Assembly: GCA_964291215.2 (NCBI GenBank)
Contig: OZ219791.1
Span: forward strand, 3,424,001-3,488,000
DNA from: Alphaproteobacteria bacterium
GTDB taxonomy: Bacteria; Pseudomonadota; Alphaproteobacteria; MPNO01; UBA830
Direction: 5' to 3'
Length of the DNA stretch: 64,000 nucleotides
Position 1 is the first letter of the stretch; every line of letters begins with the position of its first letter. This document shows, one piece after another, positions 1 to 10,084 of this stretch. The translations under genes and the position numbers were made by a program. The notes below the pieces were generated by a model. That model saw only the letters and a program-made list of their open reading frames with translations. It was not told the origin of the DNA and searched no databases.

Positions 1-2300
1 ACCCGGATGCGCTGGAGATCGTTGTCCCGGGACCTGGCGAGGCGATGGGAGCATCGGCGCTAAAGACCGATGGCATCCGCAAGGTCGACGGCTCGGAGCT
101 CTACGGCGCAGATGCCGCACCGCCGGATGCGCTGTGGGTCCGGGTGGTGCGTTCGCCGCATGCCAGCGCGACCTTCACGCTGGGCGATTTCGAGCCGCTC
201 CATGCCGCCCATCCGGGGCTGGTGCGCGTACTGACGGCGGCCGATGTCCCCGGCGTCAACGGCTTCGGAGTCTATCCCCACATCAAGGACCAGCCGGCTT
301 TTGCCGTCGATGAGGTGCGTTTCATCGGTGAGGCCGTGGTCGCCCTCGTCGGCGACCACGGGACGGTCTTCGGCGTTCGCGACGAGGAGGTGCCGATTGA
401 CTACAAGGTCCGGCAACCTGTCTTCGGGATCGACGGTGCGCTTCGCGACGACGCCCACCTGATCCACGAAAACCATTCCGGGAACATCTATGCGCGTGGC
501 CATGTCCGCAAGCGCGATGCCGCGGCGGCGATGGCGACGGCCGACATCGTCGTCGCAGGCAGCTTCGAGACCGGCTTCGTGGAGCATGCCTATATCGAGC
601 CCGAGGCAGGTTGGGCGCGCCGCGTCGGCGACCGCCTCGAAATCACGGTCACCACCCAGTCGCCCTACATGGATCGCGACGAGATGGCCAACATTCTCGG
701 CATTTCGCCGGAGGACGTGCGCATCATCCCCAGCGCCTGCGGCGGCGGGTTCGGCGGCAAGCTCGACCTCAGCGTACAGATTCCGGTCGGCCTCGCCGCC
801 TGGCTGCTCGACCGCCCGGTGCGCAGCACATGGAATCGTCTCGAATCGATGGCGGCGACGACCAAGCGCCACCCGTCACGGATCACGGGGCGTTACGGCT
901 GCAGCCGTGACGGCGACCTCGTCGCCTACGAGATGCAGGGCGATTTCGACACCGGCGCCTATGTTTCCTGGGGAATGACCGTCAAGGACCGGGTACCGGT
1001 CCACGCTACTGGCCCCTATCTTGTCCCCAATGTGGAAGCGAGATCGCGCGCGGTGTTTACCAACGGGCCTCCGGCCGGTGCGTTCAGGGGTTTCGGCATT
1101 CCGCAGGCGGCGATAGCCCACGAGACGCTGATGGACATGATGGCCGAGAGGATTGGCATGGATCCGCTGGCCTTTCGTCTGCGCAACGCCATACGCAAGG
1201 GGCAGGAAACCTGCACCGGACAGGTGCTGAAGCACAGCGCGGGCCTCGACCAGTGCCTGGAGGCGTTGCAGGTGCCGTGGCGCAAGGCGCGCCCAGCGGC
1301 CAGCTTCTTCAATGCCGAGAGCAACGGCGTGACGCGGCGCGGCGTCGGCGTCGGCTGCATGTGGTACGGATGTGGCAACACGTCGATGAGCAACCCGTCG
1401 ACCATGCATATCGGGCTTGGGCCCGACGGTTCGGTGACGCTCTATTCGGGCGCCCAGGATATCGGCCAGGGCACCAATACGACAATGGTGCAGGTAGCCG
1501 CCGACGGCCTCGGTATCGCGATGGACAGAGTTCAGCTGGTCTGGGGCGACACCGATCTGACGGCCGATGCGGGCAAGAGTTCCGCGTCGCGTCAGGCCTA
1601 TGTCTCGGGCAAGGCGGCGATGCTGGCCGGCATCGATCTGCGGTCGCAGATCCTGCGACTCGCGAATGTCGGGGAGGGCGCGGCCATCGAGTTCGGCGAC
1701 GGCCGGCTTCTGGTGCGCGACGGCGCGGCCGAGCGCGAGATCGATCTTGCCGCGCTACCCGCCGACAAGCCGCACGGCAACGTCCTGTTTGGCGAGGCGA
1801 CCTTCGATCCGCCGACGACGCCGCTCGACGAAATGGGCCAGGGCAATCCCTATGCTACCTACGGCTTTGGTGCCCAGGTGGCCGAGGTCGAGGTCGACAC
1901 CGAGCTCGGTACCGTCCATGTGCGCCGTATCTGGGCTGCGCACGACATGGGCGCAGCCATCAATCCGGCGCAGGTGGAGGGCCAGATACACGGCGGCGTC
2001 GCCCAGGGTCTGGGTCTTGCGCTCATGGAGGAGTTCATTCCGGGGCGGACCGAGAACCTGCACGATTACCTGATACCCACGTTTGGTGACATGCCGCCGG
2101 TCGAGATCTTCCTGATCGAGGACTCCGAACCGACGGGACCTTATGGCGCCAAGGGCATCGGGGAACCGGCACTCATTCCGACGGCACCGGCGATCTTCGG
2201 CGCCATCTACCATGCCACGGGCGTGCGCATGACAAGAGCGCCGGCCACGCCGGACCGGGTCCGTGCAGCGCTGCTCGCGGCCGGAGGAGACAGACAGTGA
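1..2300 (+). CDS. Xanthine dehydrogenase-family molybdopterin-binding subunit, probable nicotinate dehydrogenase large subunit (5'-truncated by window edge)
   Basis: Moco motifs GGGFGGK, GAFRGFG, DIGQG, SASRQ, GAKGIGE; frame is open upstream of the ATG at 45; overlaps the start of the 6-hydroxynicotinate reductase gene. Confidence 0.85.
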   Translation, partial: PDALEIVVPGPGEAMGASALKTDGIRKVDGSELYGADAAPPDALWVRVVRSPHASATFTLGDFEPLHAAHPGLVRVLTAADVPGVNGFGVYPHIKDQPAFAVDEVRFIGEAVVALVGDHGTVFGVRDEEVPIDYKVRQPVFGIDGALRDDAHLIHENHSGNIYARGHVRKRDAAAAMATADIVVAGSFETGFVEHAYIEPEAGWARRVGDRLEITVTTQSPYMDRDEMANILGISPEDVRIIPSACGGGFGGKLDLSVQIPVGLAAWLLDRPVRSTWNRLESMAATTKRHPSRITGRYGCSRDGDLVAYEMQGDFDTGAYVSWGMTVKDRVPVHATGPYLVPNVEARSRAVFTNGPPAGAFRGFGIPQAAIAHETLMDMMAERIGMDPLAFRLRNAIRKGQETCTGQVLKHSAGLDQCLEALQVPWRKARPAASFFNAESNGVTRRGVGVGCMWYGCGNTSMSNPSTMHIGLGPDGSVTLYSGAQDIGQGTNTTMVQVAADGLGIAMDRVQLVWGDTDLTADAGKSSASRQAYVSGKAAMLAGIDLRSQILRLANVGEGAAIEFGDGRLLVRDGAAEREIDLAALPADKPHGNVLFGEATFDPPTTPLDEMGQGNPYATYGFGAQVAEVEVDTELGTVHVRRIWAAHDMGAAINPAQVEGQIHGGVAQGLGLALMEEFIPGRTENLHDYLIPTFGDMPPVEIFLIEDSEPTGPYGAKGIGEPALIPTAPAIFGAIYHATGVRMTRAPATPDRVRAALLAAGGDRQ

Positions 2301-3799
2301 GTGATGCGACACCTGACGGGGCCGGGACGGCGGCCCCTATCATTACCTGCGACGCCTGTCCGGTGCTCTGCAGGATTCGTGACAACAAGACCGGCGCATG
2401 CAACCGCTACGGCAATGTCGGGGGCACGCTGACGCGGATGGATCCGCTGGTTGTGACCCAGCAGGTGGTTGACGGCGACGGAGATCTGGTGCCGTTTCTG
2501 CCGCCCGACAGTGAATGGGACGGTACGCTCAGCTTCGAGCGGCCGTCTTTCGTCACCGGAATCGGCGCGACGACGACCTATCCGGACTACAAGCCGGCGC
2601 CCTTTATCGTCTCTTCGGAGCACCGCGGCGTCGACATGGTGACGGTGGTTTCAGAGGGAATCTTCAGCTATTGCGGCATCAAGGTGAAGATCGATACCGA
2701 CCGGTATATCGGTCCGGAACCGGCCGCGGTGCGCGTCGACGGCGAGCAGATCGGGCATGTGACGACGGCCGAGTATGGATCCCAGATGCTGGCGCTCGGC
2801 GGCGTTCGCCACCTGACCGGTGGCAGCAAGAAGGAGGGCAACGTGACCTGCGCGGCGATGCTCGCTCTCTGCAACGGCGAGGCTGTGGACATGACCATCG
2901 ACGACGGTGCGGCGCTGACAGTCGAGGCCGGACAGCCGCCGGTCATCGATAGCGTCCGCGAGGAACGCATGCGGGTCGGCTGCGGATCCGCCACCATTGG
3001 CATCTTCGCGCTCCAGTGGCACGGCCATGTCGACGAGGTTATTGTCGTCGATGATCATATCACGGGGGTTCTCACCGAACACCAGTCGGGGAAGTTCCTC
3101 GACATGCCGGCCGCGGGCATCCGCGTCGTCGGTCGCAGGTCCACGCCGGGGCGTTATTTCCAGGTGGCGGAGCCGGGAAGCGGTTGGGGCGGCACTGACG
3201 TCACCGAGCCGTTGTCGATCATCGAACGGATCGACCCGAAAACGGCCTGGCCAGGACTGCGCCTTCTCATGGTCAGCACGACCGGAGAAGATCATGCGTA
3301 CTACCTGCTTGATGACGATCTGAAGCCGGTGCCGGCGGAAATGCCCGAGGACTTGAGGGTTTCCGTCGACCGGATCGGCGAAAACTGCGAACCGGCTCTC
3401 TGCACCGTGCTGTTTATGGGCGGTGCCGGAGGCTCGCTCCGCGCCGGGGTTACCGTGAACCCGGTGCGGCTGACTCGATCGGTGCGGGAGCTGCGTACGC
3501 GTGTGACCTGCGGCGGTGCTCCGGTCTATGTCTGGCCCGGCGGCGGCATCACCGTGATGGTTGATGTCATCCGCACGCCGGCCAATTCCTTTGGCTATGT
3601 GCCGACCCCGGCGCTGGTTGCGCCGATCGAATTTACCATGCCGCGTGAGGAATATGTCGCGCTCGGCGGCTATACGGACCATATCCGGCCGCTGGACGAG
3701 ACGCTCTCCTCGGGAAGTCCCCACGGTGTGCGCCCGATTCCGTGGGCCGGGCAAAACCCGTGGCCGCTGCAGAAACAGCCGATGCCGGACAGCCTCTAG
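2297..3799 (+). CDS. hnr: 6-hydroxynicotinate reductase
   Basis: N-terminal CDACPVLC...GACNRY Fe-S motif, TTYPDYKPAPFIV, EGIFSYCG, RVGCGSATIG, GGAGGSLRAGVT; context with Mo-hydroxylase and enamidase. Confidence 0.85.
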   Translation: MSDATPDGAGTAAPIITCDACPVLCRIRDNKTGACNRYGNVGGTLTRMDPLVVTQQVVDGDGDLVPFLPPDSEWDGTLSFERPSFVTGIGATTTYPDYKPAPFIVSSEHRGVDMVTVVSEGIFSYCGIKVKIDTDRYIGPEPAAVRVDGEQIGHVTTAEYGSQMLALGGVRHLTGGSKKEGNVTCAAMLALCNGEAVDMTIDDGAALTVEAGQPPVIDSVREERMRVGCGSATIGIFALQWHGHVDEVIVVDDHITGVLTEHQSGKFLDMPAAGIRVVGRRSTPGRYFQVAEPGSGWGGTDVTEPLSIIERIDPKTAWPGLRLLMVSTTGEDHAYYLLDDDLKPVPAEMPEDLRVSVDRIGENCEPALCTVLFMGGAGGSLRAGVTVNPVRLTRSVRELRTRVTCGGAPVYVWPGGGITVMVDVIRTPANSFGYVPTPALVAPIEFTMPREEYVALGGYTDHIRPLDETLSSGSPHGVRPIPWAGQNPWPLQKQPMPDSL

Positions 3800-3857
3800 C
3801 GAAGGCGTCGGCGGTTGCCGCGCTCGCAGCCATGCGGTGGTCGATCGGATCCGGGCG

Positions 3858-4733
3858 GTGACAGATCCCCGGGCACAGCTCCTTGGTGACGGGCGCCGGC
3901 TGCATCTCCAGCACGGCCCCATTGATCTGGTGATCGAGGCTTTCGCCGGGCCCGGCGAGGTTCGCCGCGCGTACGGGCAGGCAAGGGACCGGTTTGCAAC
4001 AGTGCTGGAAGAGCTCGTCCGGGAGCTGCCACGGCTTCGCCAGGAGATCCCTGCCTCCGGCTGGACCCCTGCGGGTCGGGTGGCTGCCCGCATGGTGGAC
4101 GCCGTCCGGCTGCACCGGCAGGAGTTCGTCACGCCGATGGCGGCAGTTGCCGGGGCGGTGGCCGACGAGATCATGGAGGCGCTGGTGGCGGGCCGCCGCA
4201 TCTCCAGGGCATATGTCAACAATTCCGGCGATATAGCCTTGCATCTGGAGCCTGGAGAAAGCCTGCGTCTTGGCATCGTTGACAATGTCGAACGCCCCGC
4301 GATCGAGGGCGCGGCCGAAATTCATGCCGATTTCGGCATTGGAGGCGTGGCGACAAGTGGCTGGCGCGGACGCAGCCATTCCTTCGGAATTGCCGATGCG
4401 GTAACCGTCCTTGCGGACACTGCCGCTGCGGCCGATGTCGCGGCTACGCTTGTCGCCAACGCCGTCAATGTCGATCACCCCGCGATCTCGCGGGTACCGG
4501 CCTCATCGCTGGATCCCGATACGGATCTCGGCGAAGGCCTCGTGACCGCGGCCGTCGGCGAACTCGATCCGGCGGCAGTGAGGCGGGCCCTTGAGGCTGG
4601 TCGGAGCCGAGCGGCAGACATGGTGGCGCGGGGCCTTGTTCTCGGGGTTGTGCTGAGACTCGACGGCGAGGTTCGCGTGGCCGGAGCCGCGCCTTTGAAG
4701 CTGCTGTCCGGAGACGGTGCAAACGCGCGGTGA
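3858..4733 (+). CDS. UPF0280 / ApbE-like protein
   Basis: RLHLQHGPIDL, TPMAAVAGAVAD, YVNNSGDIA, GVATSGWRGRSHSFGIADAVTV; GTG start at 3858 inferred within ORF 3561-4733. Confidence 0.85.
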   Translation: MTDPRAQLLGDGRRLHLQHGPIDLVIEAFAGPGEVRRAYGQARDRFATVLEELVRELPRLRQEIPASGWTPAGRVAARMVDAVRLHRQEFVTPMAAVAGAVADEIMEALVAGRRISRAYVNNSGDIALHLEPGESLRLGIVDNVERPAIEGAAEIHADFGIGGVATSGWRGRSHSFGIADAVTVLADTAAAADVAATLVANAVNVDHPAISRVPASSLDPDTDLGEGLVTAAVGELDPAAVRRALEAGRSRAADMVARGLVLGVVLRLDGEVRVAGAAPLKLLSGDGANAR

Positions 4734-4749
4734 AACGCGCCGGGGTGGT

Positions 4750-5752
4750 TACTCGGGTGGCGCCCCGTTGACTTGCGGAGGCTACATCCTCGTCCATGAA
4801 CTGGCGCAGATGGGCCGCCCAGAGTTCGGCGTGGAGGGTGGAGTAGTGACCGAACGTCCGCTCGCTCGCGTGCACCAGAAGCTGCCGGGCACCCGGAATC
4901 ATGGCGATTGCGGATTCGACGACGCCAAGTTCCGGGGGGAGCAGCTCGTCGTCCCCAATGTTGATCGCAAGGAGCCGCGCCCGGATCCTGTCGAGATCGC
5001 CGGACGGGTCGTAGTCCATCGAGGCGTCGATCTGGTAGAGGCGGTCATTGGCGTCTCCCCGGCGCGCCCGTTCGACAAGCGCCTCGTAGTGGCGGTCGGC
5101 GGCTTCGCGCGTCGGCGCGATCTCCTGGAGCCGCACGACGCTCTGCGTCATCAGGGCACTGAACGCTGCCGTGCGGACATAGCGCGACGGGTTGGACACG
5201 TAGTGTCCGCCGTTCCGGATGGCCTCGATCGATATACGGCGCTGGATCCAGTTGCGGCCGCTCATGGGGCCGGGTTGGCTTGCGATGGGGACTGGCATCT
5301 CGGCGAAATCCGGAAATCCAACCCCGGACATCCAGGTTAGCATGCCGCCCATGGATAGGCCGAGGACAAGTGTCAGAAGAGTTACGCCGAGATCCTCCGT
5401 GAGCAGTTGGTGTGGAGGTGACGAGATGGTCGTAGCGACAGTTTGGGAAATCGGAACGCAGGCCGTCGCTGGGCTTGCTCGATCCGCCGAAACCCAGCAT
5501 GTCCGGGATGATCACGAAGTGTCTTGAGACATCGAGCACCTGTTCGGCGCCGAACAGCCGGTCGGCGAGACCGGGTTCGAGCCAGAATCTGGCCGAACCG
5601 GTGGTGTTGTGAAGGAGAAGCACCGCGTAGGCGCTCCTGCCTGAAGCATCCTTCCTCTCGGTTCCCATCGTCAGATAGCGGAGGCGAAGCGGGTCCTGAC
5701 CGTTCGCGAATACGAAATCGCGACACACATGCTCGTACTCACATATGCCCAT
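4750..5752 (-). pseudogene. Homoserine O-acetyltransferase-like alpha/beta hydrolase, frameshifted
   Basis: N-half (LLLHNTTGS, IIPDMLGFGGSSKPSDGL) and C-half (GLSMGGM nucleophile elbow, DANDRLYQ, TFGH) lie in different frames, with the shift near 5415; no clean stop. Confidence 0.7.
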
Positions 5753-6090
5753 TCTGTCATGATCGCGCCTTCTCGTGCCGCCATTCTGCTCGGGATGCGG
5801 CAAGTACAGCACCGTGAATGCATGACGGCAGAAAACCCCGCATTCGCTGTCCGACCTGCCGGGTCGGTCCGGTGGGGTACGAAGTTCGCCGGCGGTTCGC
5901 CCGGATCTCCATGGATGGCGGCAGCTGCCGGCGGTTCGACGACTGATCGCATCAGACGCCTCCGCAGTTCTGTCCTGCGGCACCGTCGAACACCGGGTTC
6001 CGCGGAGGGTCGCGCACGACTCATGGCAAAGACTCTGATATCTTCGCGCGTCCAATCGGAATTTTCCGGGGCGTCAGCAGGGAGCGGAGC

Positions 6091-6720
6091 ATGGATGATG
6101 CCAAAATCGCGGAGGTAACAGCGCAGCCAGGAGACTTTGGCGACCTCGTCAAGGTCCGCAAGTTCGTCTTGTATGTCGAGGAGGTTCTGCATGAGTTTGG
6201 GCCGGTGCCCGAAACACCGCAATTCAAGGGCTACATCGCGGCTGTGGCCCACAACCCCTATGCCGGGCGTTATGTGGAGGACATCCTTCCGCTCATGGAC
6301 CAACTCAAGCCGATGGGAATCGAGATGGCGAAGAAGCTGATGGCTGTCCTCGGTGGCCCAGACAGGATCACTGCCTACGGCAAGGCGGCAGTCGTCGGCG
6401 AGAATGGCGAGCTCGAGCACGCGGCGTTGTGGCATGAACCCGGCGGCTACGGGATGCGGCAGCTCATGGGAAAATCGGCTGCAATCGTTCCCTCGACGAA
6501 GAAGGTTGGCGGACCGGGCTGCGCGATCGACATCCCCATTGCCCATGCCAACGCGGCGTATGTCCGGTCGCATTTCGATACGGTGGTGTGCAGCATCAAC
6601 GATGCGCCGCGCGCCAACGAGGTTGTCTGGATACAGTCGATGTCGACTGGCCCGCGCATATACTCGCGCTCGGGCGGGCTCGAGGAAAAGGATGTCGTCG
6701 GCAAGGACGGGCTGCGCTGA
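6091..6720 (+). CDS. Amino acid synthesis family protein (DUF1185), copy 1
   Basis: NPYAGRY, YGKAAVVGENGELEH, AAYVRSHFD, DAPRANE. Confidence 0.85.
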   Translation: MDDAKIAEVTAQPGDFGDLVKVRKFVLYVEEVLHEFGPVPETPQFKGYIAAVAHNPYAGRYVEDILPLMDQLKPMGIEMAKKLMAVLGGPDRITAYGKAAVVGENGELEHAALWHEPGGYGMRQLMGKSAAIVPSTKKVGGPGCAIDIPIAHANAAYVRSHFDTVVCSINDAPRANEVVWIQSMSTGPRIYSRSGGLEEKDVVGKDGLR

Positions 6721-6741
6721 AGCAGTCGGGGTCGCCCGCGC

Positions 6742-9087
6742 TCAGGCGCCGGCCGTTCCGTGTAACGCTCGCCAGACCCGGTCCGGTGTTGCCGGGATGC
6801 CGAGTTCGCGGCCGCCGTTGCCGTCGAGCGCATCCATGATGGCGTTGTAGACCGCGGGGTAGGAGCCGCCGTTTCCGGCTTCGCCGCAGCCCTTGACCCC
6901 CAGGGGATTGGTCTTGCAGGGGACTGCGTGGGTGGAGAAATCTACATGTGGCATATCGTCGGCTCTCGGCATGGCATAATCCATGTAGGTGCCCGACAAC
7001 AGTTGTCCGTCCTCCTGATAGATCGCGGTCTCGCCGAGAACCTGGCCGACACCCTGCATGATTCCGCCATGAACCTGACCCTCGACGATGAGCGGGTTCA
7101 CGACCACACCGAAGTCATCGACCACCGTGTAGCGGTCGATCCTGACCAGGCCCGTGTCAGGATCAATTTCTATCTCGACGACGTGGCAGCCGTTCGGAAA
7201 GCTCGACGGGCTGGTCGTGTGGTTGACTTTCGCTGAGAGCGAATCGGGAAGATCACCCGCCTGCGCCGCAGCTTGCGGCGCCTTTCGGGCAAGCTCCATT
7301 ATGTCGATGCAACGATCGGTTCCCGCTACGGTGAACATGCCGCCGGCAAAGACTATGTCCTCGACCGCAGCTTCAAGTACATGGGCGGCAAGCCTGCGTC
7401 CGCTGTCGATGATGGCCTCGCTGCATTCGACGATTGCACCTCCGGCAGCAATTATCGAGCGTGACCCCCCGGATCCCCCTGCACCGGTGCTCATTTCATC
7501 GGAGTCGTACTGGACCAGGCGGATGCGGTCGAACGGGATGCCGAGGCGCGAGCCGATCACCTGCTTGAAGGGTGTTGCATGGCCCATGCCAAAGTCCTTT
7601 GTACCGGTAACGAGAGACACGGTTCCGTCATCTTCGAAACGGATATCGGCCAGTTCCGAGCCTGGCGGTGCGGTGGTCTCCAGATAGGGTGCTATTCCAA
7701 TTCCGCGGAGCATCCCCTTCGTCTCCGATTCACGCTTGCGCCCCGGGTATCCGGCGTAATCACCGTGCTCGAGCGCCTTATTCATGATGGCCTCGAACTC
7801 TCCCGAGTCGTAGGTCAGGTCTACCGGCGTAGCATACGGCATCTGGTCGGGCGAGACCATATTCCGCCGACGGATCTCGACCCGGTCGACGCCTGTCTCC
7901 TCCGCGGCCTTGTCGATCAGCCGTTCGAGAAAGAACTTGCTTTCCGGCCGTCCGGCACCGCGATAGGGGCCGGTCGGCACGGTATTGGTGAAGATGCACT
8001 TCACGTTGTACGAGATCGTCGGGGTCTGGTAGACGCTGATGATATTGCGGCCCGTTACCATGGTTGGCGGCCATGGGCCCATGGCTGTCAGATAGGCTCC
8101 CATGTCGCCGACGCCGTTTACCCTGAGCGCGAGAAAGTTGGTGTCCGCGTCGAGTGCCAGTTCGAGAGCCAGCGTACTGGCACGGCCGTGGTGGTCCGCG
8201 AGGAAGCTCTCCGAGCGGTCAGCGGTCCACTTGACGGGGCGCCCCAGCTTCCGGGCGGTATAAAGGCAGGCAATCGATTCGGCGTAGGCACTGCCCTTCA
8301 TGCCGAAGGAACCGCCCACCTCCCGGGATATCACGCGTACGTTTGCGGGATCGACCCCGAAGATGTTCGCCATCCCGTTTCGGTATCCGGTTACGCCTTG
8401 GGTGCCGACGGTCAACGTGAAGCGTTTTCCGTCATATTCGGCAAGGACGGAGCGGGGCTCCATGGCATTGACGACGATCCTGGTGTTGGTGAGCTCAAGC
8501 CGCGTGACATGCGCTGCCTCGGCAAAAGCCCTGTCAACCGCCGCCTCGTCACCGATATGAAAGTCGAGACACACGTTGTCGGGTGCGTTGTCCCACACGA
8601 TGGGTGCGCCGTCGCCGGAAGCTGTGACTGGATCGCTGATTGCGGGCAGCGGTGCAATCTTGGGACTGATCAATTCGGCGGCGTTCCTCGCCTGGGCAAG
8701 AGTTTCGGCCACGACGATCGCAAGCGGGTCGCCGACATATTTCACCTGCTTCGCGGCTAGCGCCGGATAGGGCGGCACCACGGCGTCGGAGCCGTCCCGG
8801 CTCTTCACGGCAACAGGGCAGGGAATGTCCTTGATCCCGTCGCGCCGCAGGTCGGTGCCTGTAAAGACGCCGACTACACCGGGCGCGGCCAGGGCGGCCG
8901 AAACGTCGATCGAGACGATGTCTCCGTGCGCAACCGGGGAGCGGAGGATGAAGGCGTAGGCCTGGCCGTCGACGCTGCAGTCGTCGGTAAAGGACCCGCG
9001 TCCGGTAAGGAGGCTGGGATCCTCAGTGCGCAGCACCGGTTGGCCGATGCCGAATTTCATTGCGTGGTGGACGGAGTCGTCGGGCAT
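6742..9087 (-). CDS. Xanthine dehydrogenase/CoxL form II-like molybdopterin-binding subunit
   Basis: FGIGQPVLRTED, VGGSFGMK, GPYRGAGRPE (not the form I AYxCSFR), NPLGVKGCGEAG; start at 9087 or 9060. Confidence 0.85.
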   Translation of the reverse strand: MPDDSVHHAMKFGIGQPVLRTEDPSLLTGRGSFTDDCSVDGQAYAFILRSPVAHGDIVSIDVSAALAAPGVVGVFTGTDLRRDGIKDIPCPVAVKSRDGSDAVVPPYPALAAKQVKYVGDPLAIVVAETLAQARNAAELISPKIAPLPAISDPVTASGDGAPIVWDNAPDNVCLDFHIGDEAAVDRAFAEAAHVTRLELTNTRIVVNAMEPRSVLAEYDGKRFTLTVGTQGVTGYRNGMANIFGVDPANVRVISREVGGSFGMKGSAYAESIACLYTARKLGRPVKWTADRSESFLADHHGRASTLALELALDADTNFLALRVNGVGDMGAYLTAMGPWPPTMVTGRNIISVYQTPTISYNVKCIFTNTVPTGPYRGAGRPESKFFLERLIDKAAEETGVDRVEIRRRNMVSPDQMPYATPVDLTYDSGEFEAIMNKALEHGDYAGYPGRKRESETKGMLRGIGIAPYLETTAPPGSELADIRFEDDGTVSLVTGTKDFGMGHATPFKQVIGSRLGIPFDRIRLVQYDSDEMSTGAGGSGGSRSIIAAGGAIVECSEAIIDSGRRLAAHVLEAAVEDIVFAGGMFTVAGTDRCIDIMELARKAPQAAAQAGDLPDSLSAKVNHTTSPSSFPNGCHVVEIEIDPDTGLVRIDRYTVVDDFGVVVNPLIVEGQVHGGIMQGVGQVLGETAIYQEDGQLLSGTYMDYAMPRADDMPHVDFSTHAVPCKTNPLGVKGCGEAGNGGSYPAVYNAIMDALDGNGGRELGIPATPDRVWRALHGTAGA

Positions 9088-9423
9088 TCCGGCGCATCTT
9101 TCGGTGGGTTGTGCTGTAGGTAACGCGACCGGAGGGGTGAGCATCCCCCTTCGTCGGGCAGAATTCAGCATAGCCTCCCGGTGCCGTCGTTGCAAGACAT
9201 CGCGGGCGTCCGGTAGGGCCTCTCGGTCACAATGCGAAAGGCTTCAGGCGCATGCCCGCAGTTTCGGCCATTCCGCCTGGCGCCGGCCAGGCGCTTTCAC
9301 CGCGATGGTTCCGGGAGCACTGCCTCCAAGGCTGCCTTTGGCGTGGATTCTTGACAACGGACGCACCGCTCACAACTATGGCGTCATGTACTGGACCCCA
9401 AGGGCAATCCGGCAGGACTCGTC

Positions 9424-10008
9424 ATGAAAGCACAAATACGCAAGACATCGGTAATCGTCGAGGAAACGCGGCAGGATCTGGGCAAGGTGGTCGATCCTCC
9501 GACCCGCAAGGCCGCGGCGCTCGCCGTGATCGCAAACCCGTTCGCTGGCCGTTACGAGGACGACCTCAGCGAGTTGATGGACATCGGCGCGGAACTCGGC
9601 GATATGCTTGGACGGATGTGCGTCGAGGCGCTCGGGATCGAGCCGGGTGAGGCCGAGAGCTACGGCAAGGCGGCCGTCGTCGGCGAAGGCGGCGAATGGG
9701 AGCATGCGGCCGCCATCCTCCATCCGAAGCTGGGAGCGCCGCTTCGCAAGGCGGTGGAGAAGGGGGCCGCGCTGGTGCCTTCGGTGAAGAAGCTCGGAGG
9801 CCCCGGCACCGCGATCGATATTCCGCTCGGGCACAAGGACGCTGCCTATGTGCGCAGCCACTTCGACGGAATCGAGGTACGGATGCCGGATGCGCCGCGC
9901 GCGGGCGAGATTCTGGTCGCCGTCTCGGTCACGGACTCGGGGCGGCCGTTCCCCCGGGTTGGAGGTCTGACCACGAGCGAGGCGACAGGCGAGGACGGGC
10001 TGCGCTGA
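9424..10008 (+). CDS. Amino acid synthesis family protein (DUF1185), copy 2
   Basis: NPFAGRY, SYGKAAVVGEGGEWEH, AAYVRSHFD, EDGLR C-terminus. Confidence 0.88.
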   Translation: MKAQIRKTSVIVEETRQDLGKVVDPPTRKAAALAVIANPFAGRYEDDLSELMDIGAELGDMLGRMCVEALGIEPGEAESYGKAAVVGEGGEWEHAAAILHPKLGAPLRKAVEKGAALVPSVKKLGGPGTAIDIPLGHKDAAYVRSHFDGIEVRMPDAPRAGEILVAVSVTDSGRPFPRVGGLTTSEATGEDGLR

Positions 10009-10084
10009 CCCTGGGGGCTGCCCTCCAGAGAGATACGCCTGCGTTCCGAATCCGCATCGTGGGTGCCGGGAGGGCTACGCTGGC

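Noticed and set aside
6742-9087. Aerobic CO dehydrogenase
   Set aside because: Lacks the form I AYxCSFR loop and has no coxM/coxS or accessory genes
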